A DNA stretch of 64,000 nt from Clostridia bacterium (GCA_045537695.1 JAZSQB010000069.1:4730-68729); one strand, 5' to 3'; positions 26,043 through 36,285 are shown, counted from the first letter of the stretch. A program made the numbers and translations. Notes: generated by a model not told the origin, from the letters alone.

Positions 26043-26297
26043 TTATTTTATCAGTTCCGCCTGCAAGGTGTATAAAAGTCTTTTGGTATGCGCGTCACTT
26101 TCCATATGGCACGAATAATGCTTAACCGTAAAATACCGCGCAAGCACAGAGGAAAGCTCAGCATCGAGGCGTGCTGTGCTGTTCTGCTGTGTACGATCGC
26201 ACGCAAGCACCGTGCGGATGCGCATAGCGGCGATGCTTGCCGTTTTTCGCTCCGGCATCCAACTTTGCAGCAAACGAAAAAATGCAAAACGCTTCAT
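26043..26297 (-). CDS. minE: cell division topological specificity factor MinE
   Basis: 84 aa. Position directly after minD with an ATGA overlap. ..ASIAAMRIRTVLACDR.. resembles the MinE N-terminal region. Confidence 0.75.
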   Translation of the reverse strand: MKRFAFFRLLQSWMPERKTASIAAMRIRTVLACDRTQQNSTARLDAELSSVLARYFTVKHYSCHMESDAHTKRLLYTLQAELIK

Positions 26298-27118
26298 AGA
26301 CTTTGCTCCTTTCGTACGCTGCCCTGTGGCATACCCACCCCCAAAAGTTGCTTGAGCATCGAAAGTCTACCCTGCGGCATCAAGGGAATTGCCAGCCCTT
26401 CGAGCCTGCCGCAGATATTGCGATAGGCTCTGCCGGCACTTGATTTTTTGCGTAAGACTGCTGCATCACCGCGATTGGTAGAAACAATAATCGTTTCATC
26501 ATCCTCCACAACGCCCAAGATTGCCACAGATAAAATATCTGCCACCTCCGATGGCGAAAGCATATTTCCTTTTTCAATCATTTTTGGGCGCACACGATTT
26601 ATAACCAGGCGGATATTTTCCTCGGGCATGCCCGCTGCACTTAAAAGTCCGATAATACGGTCTGCATCGCGCACACTGGAAAGCTCCGGCGTAACCACCA
26701 CGATTGCTTCCTGTGCGCCTGCAACTGCATTTTTAAATCCACGCTCTATTCCGGCAGGACAATCAACCAGCACATAGTCAAACTGCGCGGAAAGCTGCGA
26801 GGTCAGCGCCTGCATCTGGGCCGGTGTGACGGCATTTTTATCCCGCACCTGCGATGCGGCAATGAGATACAAGTCACTAAAACGCTTGTCCCGAATTAGT
26901 GCCTGCTGCAGCGTACAACGCCCTTCGGTCAAATCCACCAAGTCATATACAATTCGGTTTTCAAGCCCCAAAACGACATCCAAATTACGCAGACCGATAT
27001 CTGCATCCACCAAAACAACACGTCGCCCGAGCTGTGCCAAGCCTGCGCCGAGGTTTGCCGTCGTCGTCGTTTTGCCGACACCCCCTTTTCCGGACGTTAC
27101 TACAATTACTTTTCCCAT
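26294..27118 (-). CDS. minD: septum site-determining ATPase MinD
   Basis: MGKVIVVTSGKGGVGKTT deviant Walker A. RBS AAAGGAGAG before the ATG at 27118. Confidence 0.95.
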   Translation of the reverse strand: MGKVIVVTSGKGGVGKTTTTANLGAGLAQLGRRVVLVDADIGLRNLDVVLGLENRIVYDLVDLTEGRCTLQQALIRDKRFSDLYLIAASQVRDKNAVTPAQMQALTSQLSAQFDYVLVDCPAGIERGFKNAVAGAQEAIVVVTPELSSVRDADRIIGLLSAAGMPEENIRLVINRVRPKMIEKGNMLSPSEVADILSVAILGVVEDDETIIVSTNRGDAAVLRKKSSAGRAYRNICGRLEGLAIPLMPQGRLSMLKQLLGVGMPQGSVRKEQSL

Positions 27119-27196
27119 AATTTTCTCTCCTTTATCGGAGAAAACAGCAAAAAATTTACCAAAGCCCATTATAAATGAACTTTGGCAAATAGATTG

Positions 27197-27847
27197 TCAT
27201 ATTCTGTCTTTCACATTATATTTTCGCACGCAGATTGCACCCTCCGACAAAAATGCCGTCTCAGGATACGGTTTTTCCTGATAACATACGCCGGATTTTT
27301 GCGCAATCACGCTGGCAATCCGGATTTCGGACGGCGATAGCTGCCACGCGCTCACGATTGCATCTTCCCTGCCGCCGCATCCCGCCCAGGCTGCGCCGAG
27401 CAATTTCCCGAGCACAGTAATATGCCCGTTGGCTTCCAACCGCGCGCCGGCGTGCACATCGCCAACAACGGTTATATCCCCACCACTGCGCAGACACATA
27501 CCACCACGCACCGTGCCGTGATGCACTACAGAGAGTGGTGCATTCGATTTTGACTTTCCTTTGCGTACTTCTATTTCATTTCCAAAACGCGCACGCAGCC
27601 GCTGCTCTAACTGCAGCCGCTCTGCTTCGCCAAATACAAGTCCTGCAATTTCCACGATGCCACCTTCGGCAAGCAATTCTGCCAGTGCGGCTGTTTTTTC
27701 CTCTACCATTTCAAAAGCTTGCTCCGTTTGCTTTTCTAAGTGCAATGCACCTTGCGTTGCAAATGAAAAGCGCAAACCGTCCCGTATACCGCACACGCGG
27801 ACTTCCGGCATTTGCTTTATGCCGCACTTGCTGTCCTGCTTTTTCAA
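27197..27847 (-). CDS. minC: septum formation inhibitor MinC
   Basis: C-terminal beta-helix repeats (GDITVVGDVHAGARLEANGHITVLG). Position upstream of minD. Confidence 0.85.
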   Translation of the reverse strand: MKKQDSKCGIKQMPEVRVCGIRDGLRFSFATQGALHLEKQTEQAFEMVEEKTAALAELLAEGGIVEIAGLVFGEAERLQLEQRLRARFGNEIEVRKGKSKSNAPLSVVHHGTVRGGMCLRSGGDITVVGDVHAGARLEANGHITVLGKLLGAAWAGCGGREDAIVSAWQLSPSEIRIASVIAQKSGVCYQEKPYPETAFLSEGAICVRKYNVKDRI

Positions 27848-27879
27848 AAAGCATCTCTCCTAATTGAAATAATATAGTA

Positions 27880-29949
27880 TTAACGCAAAAGCGACTGTGC
27901 CGCCGGTGCATACTGATAAGCTGTTTCCACCGAGAAATACTTGTCCATCACCGCTTTTGCAATCGGCGCAACATCCGATCCGGAATTACCGTGTTCTACG
28001 ACAATGGCAATGGCAATCTCCGGTTTATCAAAGGGTGCAAAACCAACAAACACGCCGTTATCCGATCCCTTCGCCACCTGCGCAGAACCCGTCTTACCAC
28101 CAACGCGAATCGGATAATCCTTAAACACACTACTTGCCGTACCGTCTTCGGTTACGGCAAGCATACCATTAAGCACTGCTTCTACATTGATATCCTGCAT
28201 ATTTACTTCTTCCACCACTTTTGGCTCCGTCGCAAAAACAATTTTTCCATCCACCGGCGAACGCACACTCTTAATTACGTGCGGCTCATAGCGTTTGCCG
28301 CCATTGATCAGGGTACAAATATAATTTGCAAGCTGGAGCGGGGTCATTAGATTATCCGACTGTCCGATGGAAGCCTGCAGGGTATCGCCCGGCTGCCATG
28401 TGCCTTCTTGGTGCTTCTTTCTGTCTTCCGGTCCTGCCAGTCTGCCCGCTGCTTCCTCTGTTGCAAGTTCAAAACCTGTACGCTGTCCAAAGCCAAACAT
28501 CTTGCCGTATTTATTCAAGGTCTCAATGCCCATCAATCTGCCTGCTTCGTAATAATAGTAGTTGCAGGAATTCATAATCGCATCGGTTACCGTTTGCGGT
28601 CCGTGCGTCTGCCCGTACCGGCTCTTCCATATCCAGCAGCGCGGCTGATAGTCCGGAAAAAATTTATACACGCCCTCGTCCACAATGACGGTTTGCGGTG
28701 TCACCGTACCGGATTCCAGTGCCGCAATCGAGGTCAACATCTTAAAGGTAGACCCCGGCGGATACGCCGCAGACACAGAGCGGTTCCACAAAGGCATATT
28801 TTCATCCTTCAACAGCTGATTATACACCTTGCTGAAATTAGATATATCATACGTCGGATGCGACGCAATCGCTAAAACCTCACCCGTGTTGACATCCATC
28901 ACAACACCGGCACCACAGTAGGCATCGCCGCCGGATTTGTATTTGGGGTCTCCACCGCGTTCGCGGATGTTAAATATAGTCTCAGCCAGTGCCGTTTCCA
29001 ATGTTGCCTGCAAGCCGGCATCTATCGTCAGTGTTACGTAATTTCCCTGTATTGGTTTCTCTGTCAGATCTTCCTGGACTTCAAAGCCGTTTTTCGTTTG
29101 CACCAGGCTAGCCGAACCATCCTCGCCCTTCAGGTATTGTTCGCACACCTTTTCAATACCCTGCTTACCAATCATATCGTTCATACGGTAGCCGTCTTTG
29201 GCAAGCGCTTCATATTCCGTGTCGGAAATTCTGCCGATTCTGCCAAGCACGTGCGCCGCCATTGTCCCCTGATTATACGTGCGAACATATTCACTGGCAA
29301 TATTTACGCATCTATAATCCGCCTGACTTTCACGAATTTTAGTCACCAATTCCATGCTGATATCGCTCGCCATTACAAACGGTTCGGATACGGAAAAGCC
29401 TCGCTTTTCCATTTCATAGCGCACACCGGCAATTTTGCGCATCTCCGCCGGCGTGTACGTATCTGCAATCTTATATCTTTCCTTTAAAGCATCCATCACC
29501 TGCGCCGCGGTGATGTCCTTGTCATAATCCATACTTTTTTTAAAGCGTTCTTCCGCTTTTTTTACTTCTTGCACATCGGAGTACGTTTCCGAAAAATCGA
29601 AAGAAAAAGGCTCATCACTAATCGGCAAAGAATCCGAAACCTCTGCGCCGTCCTGCACAATCATATCATAGAGCTTAAGCAAAATGCCGTTTAACGCATC
29701 CGCTTCCATACCGATGCGCTGAATCTGCACGCAATAGCCTACCTCATTTGTAATGAGCGGCACACCGTAGCGGTCATAAATCTCGCCGCGCGGTGCGGCA
29801 ATATTCATTCTGCGCATCTGCTTTTGTTGCGCAATTTCTAAAAATTCGTCACCTTGAATCACTTGCATCTGAAAAAGACGCACAACAAAAATGGTGCAAA
29901 CAAGCACAACAAACACAATATAGACCGTGAGTCTCGGCTTTTTATCCAT
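27880..29949 (-). CDS. mrdA: penicillin-binding protein 2 (elongasome transpeptidase)
   Basis: STFK (PGSTFKM), SxN (NSCN), KTG (GGKTGSA). Position after mreCD. Confidence 0.9.
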   Translation of the reverse strand: MDKKPRLTVYIVFVVLVCTIFVVRLFQMQVIQGDEFLEIAQQKQMRRMNIAAPRGEIYDRYGVPLITNEVGYCVQIQRIGMEADALNGILLKLYDMIVQDGAEVSDSLPISDEPFSFDFSETYSDVQEVKKAEERFKKSMDYDKDITAAQVMDALKERYKIADTYTPAEMRKIAGVRYEMEKRGFSVSEPFVMASDISMELVTKIRESQADYRCVNIASEYVRTYNQGTMAAHVLGRIGRISDTEYEALAKDGYRMNDMIGKQGIEKVCEQYLKGEDGSASLVQTKNGFEVQEDLTEKPIQGNYVTLTIDAGLQATLETALAETIFNIRERGGDPKYKSGGDAYCGAGVVMDVNTGEVLAIASHPTYDISNFSKVYNQLLKDENMPLWNRSVSAAYPPGSTFKMLTSIAALESGTVTPQTVIVDEGVYKFFPDYQPRCWIWKSRYGQTHGPQTVTDAIMNSCNYYYYEAGRLMGIETLNKYGKMFGFGQRTGFELATEEAAGRLAGPEDRKKHQEGTWQPGDTLQASIGQSDNLMTPLQLANYICTLINGGKRYEPHVIKSVRSPVDGKIVFATEPKVVEEVNMQDINVEAVLNGMLAVTEDGTASSVFKDYPIRVGGKTGSAQVAKGSDNGVFVGFAPFDKPEIAIAIVVEHGNSGSDVAPIAKAVMDKYFSVETAYQYAPAAQSLLR

Positions 29950-29965
29950 ATGCGTCTCCTTTCCG

Positions 29966-30457
29966 TTAATTGGGATTTACAAATGCATCCGCAAGCTTCC
30001 TGACCATTGGCATCAGTAAACTGCCCGCCACCGCGCAGTACGCGGCAGACGGAAGCACACAATCGAGCAGCACCTGCCAATAATCCGACTGCTGCCAGAG
30101 TCCGAAGCATAAAATATAGTAAAAAAACTCATACGCAAGTGCAGTAACAAACAAAAACAGCACCGTTGCCGCAAACTTCGCCTTAAACACGTGCGGACTA
30201 ATCATTGTAATCAACGCGCAGCACACCGTGCACAAAAGCGTTGCAACACCAAAAAGCGCCCCTGAGGTATAGTCAAGCAAAATACCGCAAACGATGCCGA
30301 AAATCGCAGAATGTAAATAATCATTTTCACGCACAGCAAAACAAACCGCTGTCGCTAAAATCAAATTCGGCGCGGTTTGTCCAAACCAGTTTTTCATAAA
30401 GGTTGTCTGCAGTAAAAGCAAGACAAGCAAAAGGACTGCCGTTTTAATATACTTCAT
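29966..30457 (-). CDS. mreD: rod shape-determining protein MreD
   Basis: 163-aa polytopic membrane protein directly after mreC. Confidence 0.8.
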   Translation of the reverse strand: MKYIKTAVLLLVLLLLQTTFMKNWFGQTAPNLILATAVCFAVRENDYLHSAIFGIVCGILLDYTSGALFGVATLLCTVCCALITMISPHVFKAKFAATVLFLFVTALAYEFFYYILCFGLWQQSDYWQVLLDCVLPSAAYCAVAGSLLMPMVRKLADAFVNPN

Positions 30458-30459
30458 TT

Positions 30460-31284
30460 CTATTTCCTCAAAACTAAAACGTAACGTGTGTTTGCAAAAT
30501 CCACCGCCGGTTCTACCACAGCATACTGATTGACGCCCGTAGAGTCCGCGTGCAGCTCTGTCACGCGTCCGAGTGGAATACCGGCTGCAAACACATCGCC
30601 GAGACCGGAGGTTTCGATCAGATCGCCGACCACAATTTCCGCTTGCTTATTGACAAAATTCAGCTTGCAATATCCGTCTTTCCCCAATGCCAAATCGCCG
30701 TCGAGCATCGCTACGTCACCAGTCCGCACTACACAACCGCCCACCGTAGAAGCACTGTCAATAATCGTACTGACGCGCGCCCAGTTCAGTCCGACCTCTT
30801 GCACCTGACCAACAAGACCTCGTTCGGTTACAACCATATCCTGCGCTTTGATGCCGTGCAAACTGCCCTTGTCAATCGTATAGGCGTTATACCAGTTATC
30901 ACTGCTCCAACCGATAATTTTTGCACCGGTGGCGTTGTGGCCTTCGTACGTTTCTTCTTTCAGCTCAAGCAACGCCTTCAAGTGCGCATTTTCTGCAGCA
31001 ATCTCCTCTGCAGAGCGGTAATTTTGCTCTAAATCCGCAATGCGCTTTGTCAGGGCATCATTTACCTCCTTGTAATCGCGCATTTCAAACAGAAAATTGA
31101 AAAACCCGCCCACGCCTTCGGATGCACTTGTCGTCACCTTTTGCACCGGTGAAAGCAACGTATTAAAGGCATTTTCAAAAATAGATGCCCGGTTTTTTTG
31201 GATGGTAGAAAGCGCCATAAAAATGCTGATAGCCAGGACAATACAACCCAAAATTATTAACTTTTTGTGCTTATCAAAATTCAT
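30460..31284 (-). CDS. mreC: rod shape-determining protein MreC
   Basis: N-terminal TM, coiled coil (AEEIAAENAHLKALLELKEE), beta-rich C-terminus (GLVGQV, GDLIETSG..FAAGIPLGRV). Confidence 0.9.
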   Translation of the reverse strand: MNFDKHKKLIILGCIVLAISIFMALSTIQKNRASIFENAFNTLLSPVQKVTTSASEGVGGFFNFLFEMRDYKEVNDALTKRIADLEQNYRSAEEIAAENAHLKALLELKEETYEGHNATGAKIIGWSSDNWYNAYTIDKGSLHGIKAQDMVVTERGLVGQVQEVGLNWARVSTIIDSASTVGGCVVRTGDVAMLDGDLALGKDGYCKLNFVNKQAEIVVGDLIETSGLGDVFAAGIPLGRVTELHADSTGVNQYAVVEPAVDFANTRYVLVLRK

Positions 31285-31850
31285 ATTGTCCCCTTTTCTT
31301 TAAGCATTTCTTCAAACAACCACAACGGAAAACCAATGACATTGTTTAAGTCCCCTTCTGTGCGTGCAACCAGTGCGCCGCCAATCCCCTGAATCGCGTA
31401 TGCACCCGCTTTGTCCATCGGCTCGCCGCTGGCGATGTACGTTTCAATTTCCGCTTCCGACAGTTTTTTAAACGTAACGTGCGTTACATCACTGCGGCTG
31501 ACGGCACTACCATCTTTTGCATCCACAATACATACACCGGTCAGCACCTGATGGGTGTTGCCTGACAGCAAAGAAAGCATCCGCTTTGCATCCGCCGCGT
31601 TCGCCGGTTTTCCCATAATTTCTCCATTGAAGCTAACGACTGTATCCGACCCGATAACATACGCATCCTCGTTAACGCTTTTTGCTACCGCAGCGGCTTT
31701 TAAAAGCGCAAGCTCGCGCACTAAAAGCGCCGGGTCGGTCACGGAAATGTTTTCATCCACGTCCGCTACCTGTATATCAAATGTATAGCCCGCTGCCGCC
31801 AGAATTTCTCTTCTGCGCGGTGAAGCGGACGCAAGTATAAGCTTTTTCAT
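31281..31850 (-). CDS. maf: Maf-like nucleoside triphosphate pyrophosphatase
   Basis: MKKLILASASPRRREIL.., DKAGAYAIQG. The track ORF extension to 32177 overlaps the upstream gene and is rejected. Confidence 0.9.
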   Translation of the reverse strand: MKKLILASASPRRREILAAAGYTFDIQVADVDENISVTDPALLVRELALLKAAAVAKSVNEDAYVIGSDTVVSFNGEIMGKPANAADAKRMLSLLSGNTHQVLTGVCIVDAKDGSAVSRSDVTHVTFKKLSEAEIETYIASGEPMDKAGAYAIQGIGGALVARTEGDLNNVIGFPLWLFEEMLKEKGTI

Positions 31851-31852
31851 TT

Positions 31853-32359
31853 TCAGTTCACCCTTTTTAAGTACTGGACGGCAAATTTTGCCGCAAATCC
31901 CGTAAATACGCCGCACACTGCCGCAATGCTGAGCAGCGGCGGTAAATAGCTGTAAAGCAAAACCGGCGAAAGCAAGATTGCCGCTACGCACACCTGCGCC
32001 ATAGAATGGGCGCACGCGCCGAGCACGCTTACGCCAATGATGCTCAGCTTCGTAAAATACCGCTTTGCCACAGCCATCAGAAGCGTTGCCAAAACCGCGC
32101 CGCTCAGACTGTAGAGCATCCCAATCACGCCGCCGAATAACAATGCGCCGAGTATACTGCGCACAACGGAAGCGCAAAGCGCCTCCCGCGCGCCGTATAA
32201 ATACAAAACCGTCAGTGCCGCAATATTGGCAAGGCCGAGCTTACCGCCAGGCAAATCCACAAAAAACGGCAAAAAGCTTTCAAACAGCTGCAACGTTATC
32301 CCCAGCGCAACCAGCATCGCCAACAAGGTCAGCTTTTTAATAGGCAACGATGTCTGCAT
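31853..32359 (-). CDS. Gx transporter family protein (heptaprenyl diphosphate synthase component I-like membrane protein)
   Basis: About 168 aa, 5 TM. ..PGGKLGLANI.. motif. GGGAGG RBS before the ATG at 32359. Confidence 0.65.
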   Translation of the reverse strand: MQTSLPIKKLTLLAMLVALGITLQLFESFLPFFVDLPGGKLGLANIAALTVLYLYGAREALCASVVRSILGALLFGGVIGMLYSLSGAVLATLLMAVAKRYFTKLSIIGVSVLGACAHSMAQVCVAAILLSPVLLYSYLPPLLSIAAVCGVFTGFAAKFAVQYLKRVN

Positions 32360-32711
32360 CCGCTTTTCCTCCCGTAATCTGCACAACCAAGCGATTCGGC
32401 AGGCATATCAAAGACGCATTCGCCTTGGATATTCTGCCCTGCCGCACCTCCATCTGGTCTTTGCAGCTGCTTTTTTGTACATATGCCCCTTCAGCATCAA
32501 TCACAATTTCATTGTAGCCGTATTCCGTATCGGAAATATACGTTTTTTGCTCCGTTAAAGCGCGGTAATTGTAACGGGCGACGCATTTGCCGTCCACACA
32601 GATTTCGACCGTATCTCCAGCAGCAGAAAACACAAACAATTCTGCGCACACCATAAAAATGAGCGCAAAGGCAAGTATGCTTCCCGTTAAAATTTTATCC
32701 CACGTATTCAA
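32337..32711 (-). CDS. NusG domain II-containing protein (DUF1312)
   Basis: 124 aa. N-terminal TM. ..YGYNEIVIDAEGAYVQKSSCKDQMEVRQGRI..LICLPNRLVV pattern. Confidence 0.65.
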   Translation of the reverse strand: MNTWDKILTGSILAFALIFMVCAELFVFSAAGDTVEICVDGKCVARYNYRALTEQKTYISDTEYGYNEIVIDAEGAYVQKSSCKDQMEVRQGRISKANASLICLPNRLVVQITGGKADADIVAY

Positions 32712-32723
32712 GTAAAGCCTCCG

Positions 32724-34823
32724 TTACTGCACGCCGCGGTAAAAATGACCGCGCGTAAACGTATTTTGTGCAAACAGGCTTTCTGCGTTGCCGTGCTCGA
32801 TTGCCTGTATATAATTTGCAAGCACCTGCGCCGTTTCCTGCGCATTTTCCACTGTAAAATCCAATCGGATATGCCGTACACCTGCCGCGCGCAAATCCGA
32901 AAGCTTGTCCGCCATATATGTTGGCTTGGAGTTTAACAGCACATTCACGCACGCCTCCGGTCTGCAAAGCACCGGAAAATCCGTCTGTTTTCTATCGCGC
33001 AGAATAAACGGTCCTTTTCCCTTTTTGCATCCGCCGGTATACGCGCGCATCAGGCAGTTTTGCATCACCATCAGCGGCAGTCTGCCGTAGGCAACTACAA
33101 CCGCTTTTTCCAATACATCATCGCCGAGCGCGGCAATTTCATCGGTATTGAGCTCCGGCGAAACGGTAATCTTAGATACCCCCATCGCCAAAAGCTGCAT
33201 GGCGGTCTCTGTGTTGTACACACCGATGCGAAAATCCGTGTGGCGCTCTTTGTCCGTTAATTCCAGCTCCCCAATGCCGCTGATCGACACGGTATCCGTT
33301 ATTAATTGTTCCAGTGCGCGCTCCCTGTTTTCTTCGGTCAGGATTTCCGGCAGTTTTACTGCCAGTTTAGTATCTTCCACCGCCGGCAGCTTTGCAATCA
33401 CCGATGCCGGTGCATACAGCACCGCCGGATGGTATGCCAGCGCCGCTTTTGCCTGCGCAAGCGTTTCCACCGAAACGCTAAAGCGCATTTCCGCCGCACG
33501 TGATGCACGCTTTTGCCCAAATTTCGGCAACGCCTCCACCAGTGTTCTGTTCACGGCGCACCGCTGCGCAGCCAATGCAGCCATCGCACTGCGGCGCAAC
33601 GCATTGAGCGCACTGACCGGCAAAAATACATCCCCGTATAGCGTTACCGCTATATCGCGCACACGAAACGCCGTGCCACCGGTTTTTGAAAGGCGTTTAG
33701 TGATTTCTTCTTCTGTGGTCGGGCGGTTTTGCGCCGCATCCACCACATCACCCGTCACCGTTACTCTATGCCCGTCCGCATCCGTCACGGTCAGCTCCGC
33801 CGGATGCGACGGCGTAAAGTTTACTTGCATATCTACATCCACACAGCGCACGTTTGCCTGCGCCGTGCAAAGATTTTCTATTCCCTCTGCAAATTTTTCC
33901 GGTGAAACATTGGACGGATTGAGCACACTCATCATCTCCGCGCCGCGTTTCCCCTTAAAATAAGCATCTGTAAATCCACTGCGGTTAAAGGCATCGAGCA
34001 AGGTTTGCATATCCTGCTTGGTTGCCGGCAGCGCACTGTCTAATTTTTTTCTATACACGCCGGTTACGGTTGCAACATATGCCGGCTTTTTTAATCTGCC
34101 CTCAATTTTGAGCGAAGCGACGCCCATATCCGCAAGCGTCTGTAGATCGGAAAGCAACGCCAAATCCTTCGGACTCATTAAATAGCCGCTTTTCAGCTTC
34201 TTGCCGTCTTCTGTCAGCAGTGTATACGGCAAACGACACGGCTGGGCACAGCGTCCGCGATTTCCGCTTCTGCCGCCCAAAACGCTGCTGAGTAAGCACT
34301 GCCCTGAATAACAATAACACAGTGCGCCGTGCACGAAGATTTCAAGTTCTGCGCTGCAGTGCTTTGCAATATGCGCAATCTGCCCGGAAGACAGCTCGCG
34401 CGCAAGCACCACGCGGCAAAAGCCGAGCTTTTCCAATGCGCGCACACCGGCAAGGTTATGTACTGTCATCTGCGTAGATGCGTGCAGTGGAAAATCCGGC
34501 ATTGCAGTATGCACCGCGCGCGCAAGACCCAAGTCCTGCACAATCAGCCCGTCCACACCGATTGCATACAAAAGCTTTGCATATTCTACCGCCGACATAA
34601 GCTCACTTTGCTTAATCAGCGTATTCTGCGTTACATAGAGTTTCACGCCGCGCAAGTGGCAATATTCCACCGCCGCACGCATCTCTTGTTCATCAAAATT
34701 ACTCGCCGAAGCGCGCGCCGAAAAACGGCTACCCCCGACATATACAGCGTCTGCGCCGCTCTGCACGGCGGCATACAAAGCCGCCTCTGAGCCCGCAGGC
34801 GCCAAAAGCTCCAGTAATTTCAT
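32724..34823 (-). CDS. U32 family protein (peptidase U32 / O2-independent hydroxylase-type), long form
   Basis: LELLAPAGS..GADAVYVGG, Cys cluster GRSGNRGRCAQPCR. 699 aa. Confidence 0.85.
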   Translation of the reverse strand: MKLLELLAPAGSEAALYAAVQSGADAVYVGGSRFSARASASNFDEQEMRAAVEYCHLRGVKLYVTQNTLIKQSELMSAVEYAKLLYAIGVDGLIVQDLGLARAVHTAMPDFPLHASTQMTVHNLAGVRALEKLGFCRVVLARELSSGQIAHIAKHCSAELEIFVHGALCYCYSGQCLLSSVLGGRSGNRGRCAQPCRLPYTLLTEDGKKLKSGYLMSPKDLALLSDLQTLADMGVASLKIEGRLKKPAYVATVTGVYRKKLDSALPATKQDMQTLLDAFNRSGFTDAYFKGKRGAEMMSVLNPSNVSPEKFAEGIENLCTAQANVRCVDVDMQVNFTPSHPAELTVTDADGHRVTVTGDVVDAAQNRPTTEEEITKRLSKTGGTAFRVRDIAVTLYGDVFLPVSALNALRRSAMAALAAQRCAVNRTLVEALPKFGQKRASRAAEMRFSVSVETLAQAKAALAYHPAVLYAPASVIAKLPAVEDTKLAVKLPEILTEENRERALEQLITDTVSISGIGELELTDKERHTDFRIGVYNTETAMQLLAMGVSKITVSPELNTDEIAALGDDVLEKAVVVAYGRLPLMVMQNCLMRAYTGGCKKGKGPFILRDRKQTDFPVLCRPEACVNVLLNSKPTYMADKLSDLRAAGVRHIRLDFTVENAQETAQVLANYIQAIEHGNAESLFAQNTFTRGHFYRGVQ

Positions 34824-34835
34824 ATATTCACTCCG

Positions 34836-35192
34836 TTATCTGCGCGTTGCCAGGTCTCTGTTCTTTCGCTCCAGCTCCGTTTTGAGTACCTCTAACTGCG
34901 CACGAAGGCGCTTCTTTTCCTGCTCCGCTTCCTCTAACTTTGCATCATAATCCACAATCTGACGGCGCAGTTCATCCTCTGCCTTCTGCGCTTTAAAATG
35001 CAAATCTGACAGATTGATTGCGGTCAATACCGCTGCCATATCCATACTCAGGCGCGGATTGTACTCTGTGATTTCGCCGATTTTTTTGTCCACATAAGCG
35101 CAAATCTTGTATATGTATTCCTCCGGCTCCTCCGCTGTGATTGTGTACTGTCTGCCCCGGATGCGCACCTCAATTTTATTTCTTTCGCTCAT
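34836..35192 (-). CDS. zapA: cell division protein ZapA
   Basis: VRIRGRQYTITAEE.. fold followed by a coiled-coil tail. Confidence 0.8.
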   Translation of the reverse strand: MSERNKIEVRIRGRQYTITAEEPEEYIYKICAYVDKKIGEITEYNPRLSMDMAAVLTAINLSDLHFKAQKAEDELRRQIVDYDAKLEEAEQEKKRLRAQLEVLKTELERKNRDLATRR

Positions 35193-35743
35193 GCTTTTCT
35201 ACCACCTTTATTTTCAAGATACTTTTTCGCCTTTAATATACCAATGACGGTTTTCGCGTCATAAAGTGTCCCATCCATAACCATATCCACCAACGTGTCC
35301 AAAGGATAACTGTATACCTCGACAAACTCATCGCCGTCCGGCTGCATTTCGCCGGCGGTCAATCCCAAAGCGAGATACACATAAATTTTTTCGCAGCAAT
35401 AGCCGGGGCTGACATAGTCCGCGCCGAGGAATACAAATTTCTCCGCCGTAAAGCCGGTTTCTTCGCGCAGTTCTCTCTTTGCGCCCTCTAAGCTGTCCTC
35501 CTCCGCTTCCAGTTTGCCTGCCGGTAGCTCCAAAAGAAAATCATCGAGCGGACGGCGGTACTGCCGAACCAGATACGCCTTGCCCGCATCATCCACTGCA
35601 ACCACACATACGCCGCCGCAGTGCTCCACAATTTCGCGCTTGGCAGTATGTCCGTTTTGCACTTCCACCTCTTCGACGCGCACGCTTAATATTTTCCCGC
35701 GATATACATATTCGGAATGGATACATTTTTCCTTCTTCAGCAT
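35189..35743 (-). CDS. NUDIX hydrolase (ADP-ribose pyrophosphatase-like)
   Basis: Nudix box GKLEAEEDSLEGAKRELREETG. The ATG at 35743 has an AAAGG-type RBS. The upstream part of the track ORF is rejected. Confidence 0.85.
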   Translation of the reverse strand: MLKKEKCIHSEYVYRGKILSVRVEEVEVQNGHTAKREIVEHCGGVCVVAVDDAGKAYLVRQYRRPLDDFLLELPAGKLEAEEDSLEGAKRELREETGFTAEKFVFLGADYVSPGYCCEKIYVYLALGLTAGEMQPDGDEFVEVYSYPLDTLVDMVMDGTLYDAKTVIGILKAKKYLENKGGRKA

Positions 35744-35841
35744 ACCTTTTTCCCTCATATTCCTATAACTACATATATATAGTTCATTATAGTATTTTTT
35801 CACAAAAATAGCAAGAAAAATCTTTTCAACTGCCCGATTTT

Positions 35842-35875
35842 CAAACGACAAAAGCCGTCCATATTGGACGGCTTT
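35842..35875 (-). terminator. rho-independent terminator
   Basis: AAAGCCGTCC (35851-35860) pairs with GGACGGCTTT (35866-35875). TTTTGTCGTTT follows on the minus strand. Confidence 0.8.
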
Positions 35876-35880
35876 CCCAA

Positions 35881-36285
35881 TTAGCTCATAAAATCTTCTA
35901 AAATACGCGTCAGCGCTTCTTCGCTACGCAGCACGATGCCGTCCTCCAACTGTGCCACATCCTGCGGTGGCAAACGCCGGATGTCCGTATCAATAATGCT
36001 CGCAATCGCGCGGGTACCGTCCCCGTATACGCGGTACACAGCAAGCTTTTCCATATATGCCTTCAGCACAAAATATCCGCCGCCGTCCGGCGCTTCCTTT
36101 TCCGTTTCCGCCGGCGATGCCGACGGTACAATCGCTTCCGCCTGCGGTGCCGGCAGCGGAATCTGCTCAATTACCGCCTGCGGCATCGCAGGACTCTCTA
36201 CACGCTTCGTGCCCCGTAACAGCGCAACGCCCATCAGCAGCATACATCCCCCGCAAATCCATACCCATTTTTGTTTCATTTGCAT
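35881..36285 (-). CDS. membrane-anchored hypothetical protein (BofC C-terminal-like ending ..LRSEEALTRILEDFMS)
   Basis: Signal/anchor WVWICGGCMLLMGVALL. Alternative ATG at 36279. Confidence 0.45.
   Translation of the reverse strand: MQMKQKWVWICGGCMLLMGVALLRGTKRVESPAMPQAVIEQIPLPAPQAEAIVPSASPAETEKEAPDGGGYFVLKAYMEKLAVYRVYGDGTRAIASIIDTDIRRLPPQDVAQLEDGIVLRSEEALTRILEDFMS

Noticed and set aside
31851-32177. 5' extension of the maf ORF (track ORF 31281-32177, 298 aa).
   Set aside because: The extension overlaps the Gx-family gene on the same strand and is Arg/Ala-rich nonsense. MKKLILASASPRR at 31850 is the canonical Maf start.
33148-33963. 271-aa plus-strand ORF. Similar long antisense ORFs occur at 42857-43450, 60121-60783 and 61806-62585.
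   Set aside because: All lie opposite strongly supported minus-strand genes (U32, spoIIIAA, the acyl-CoA synthetase fusion, the LeuA-like gene). They have Ser/Ala/Arg/Cys-rich low-information sequence typical of the reverse frames of GC-rich genes.
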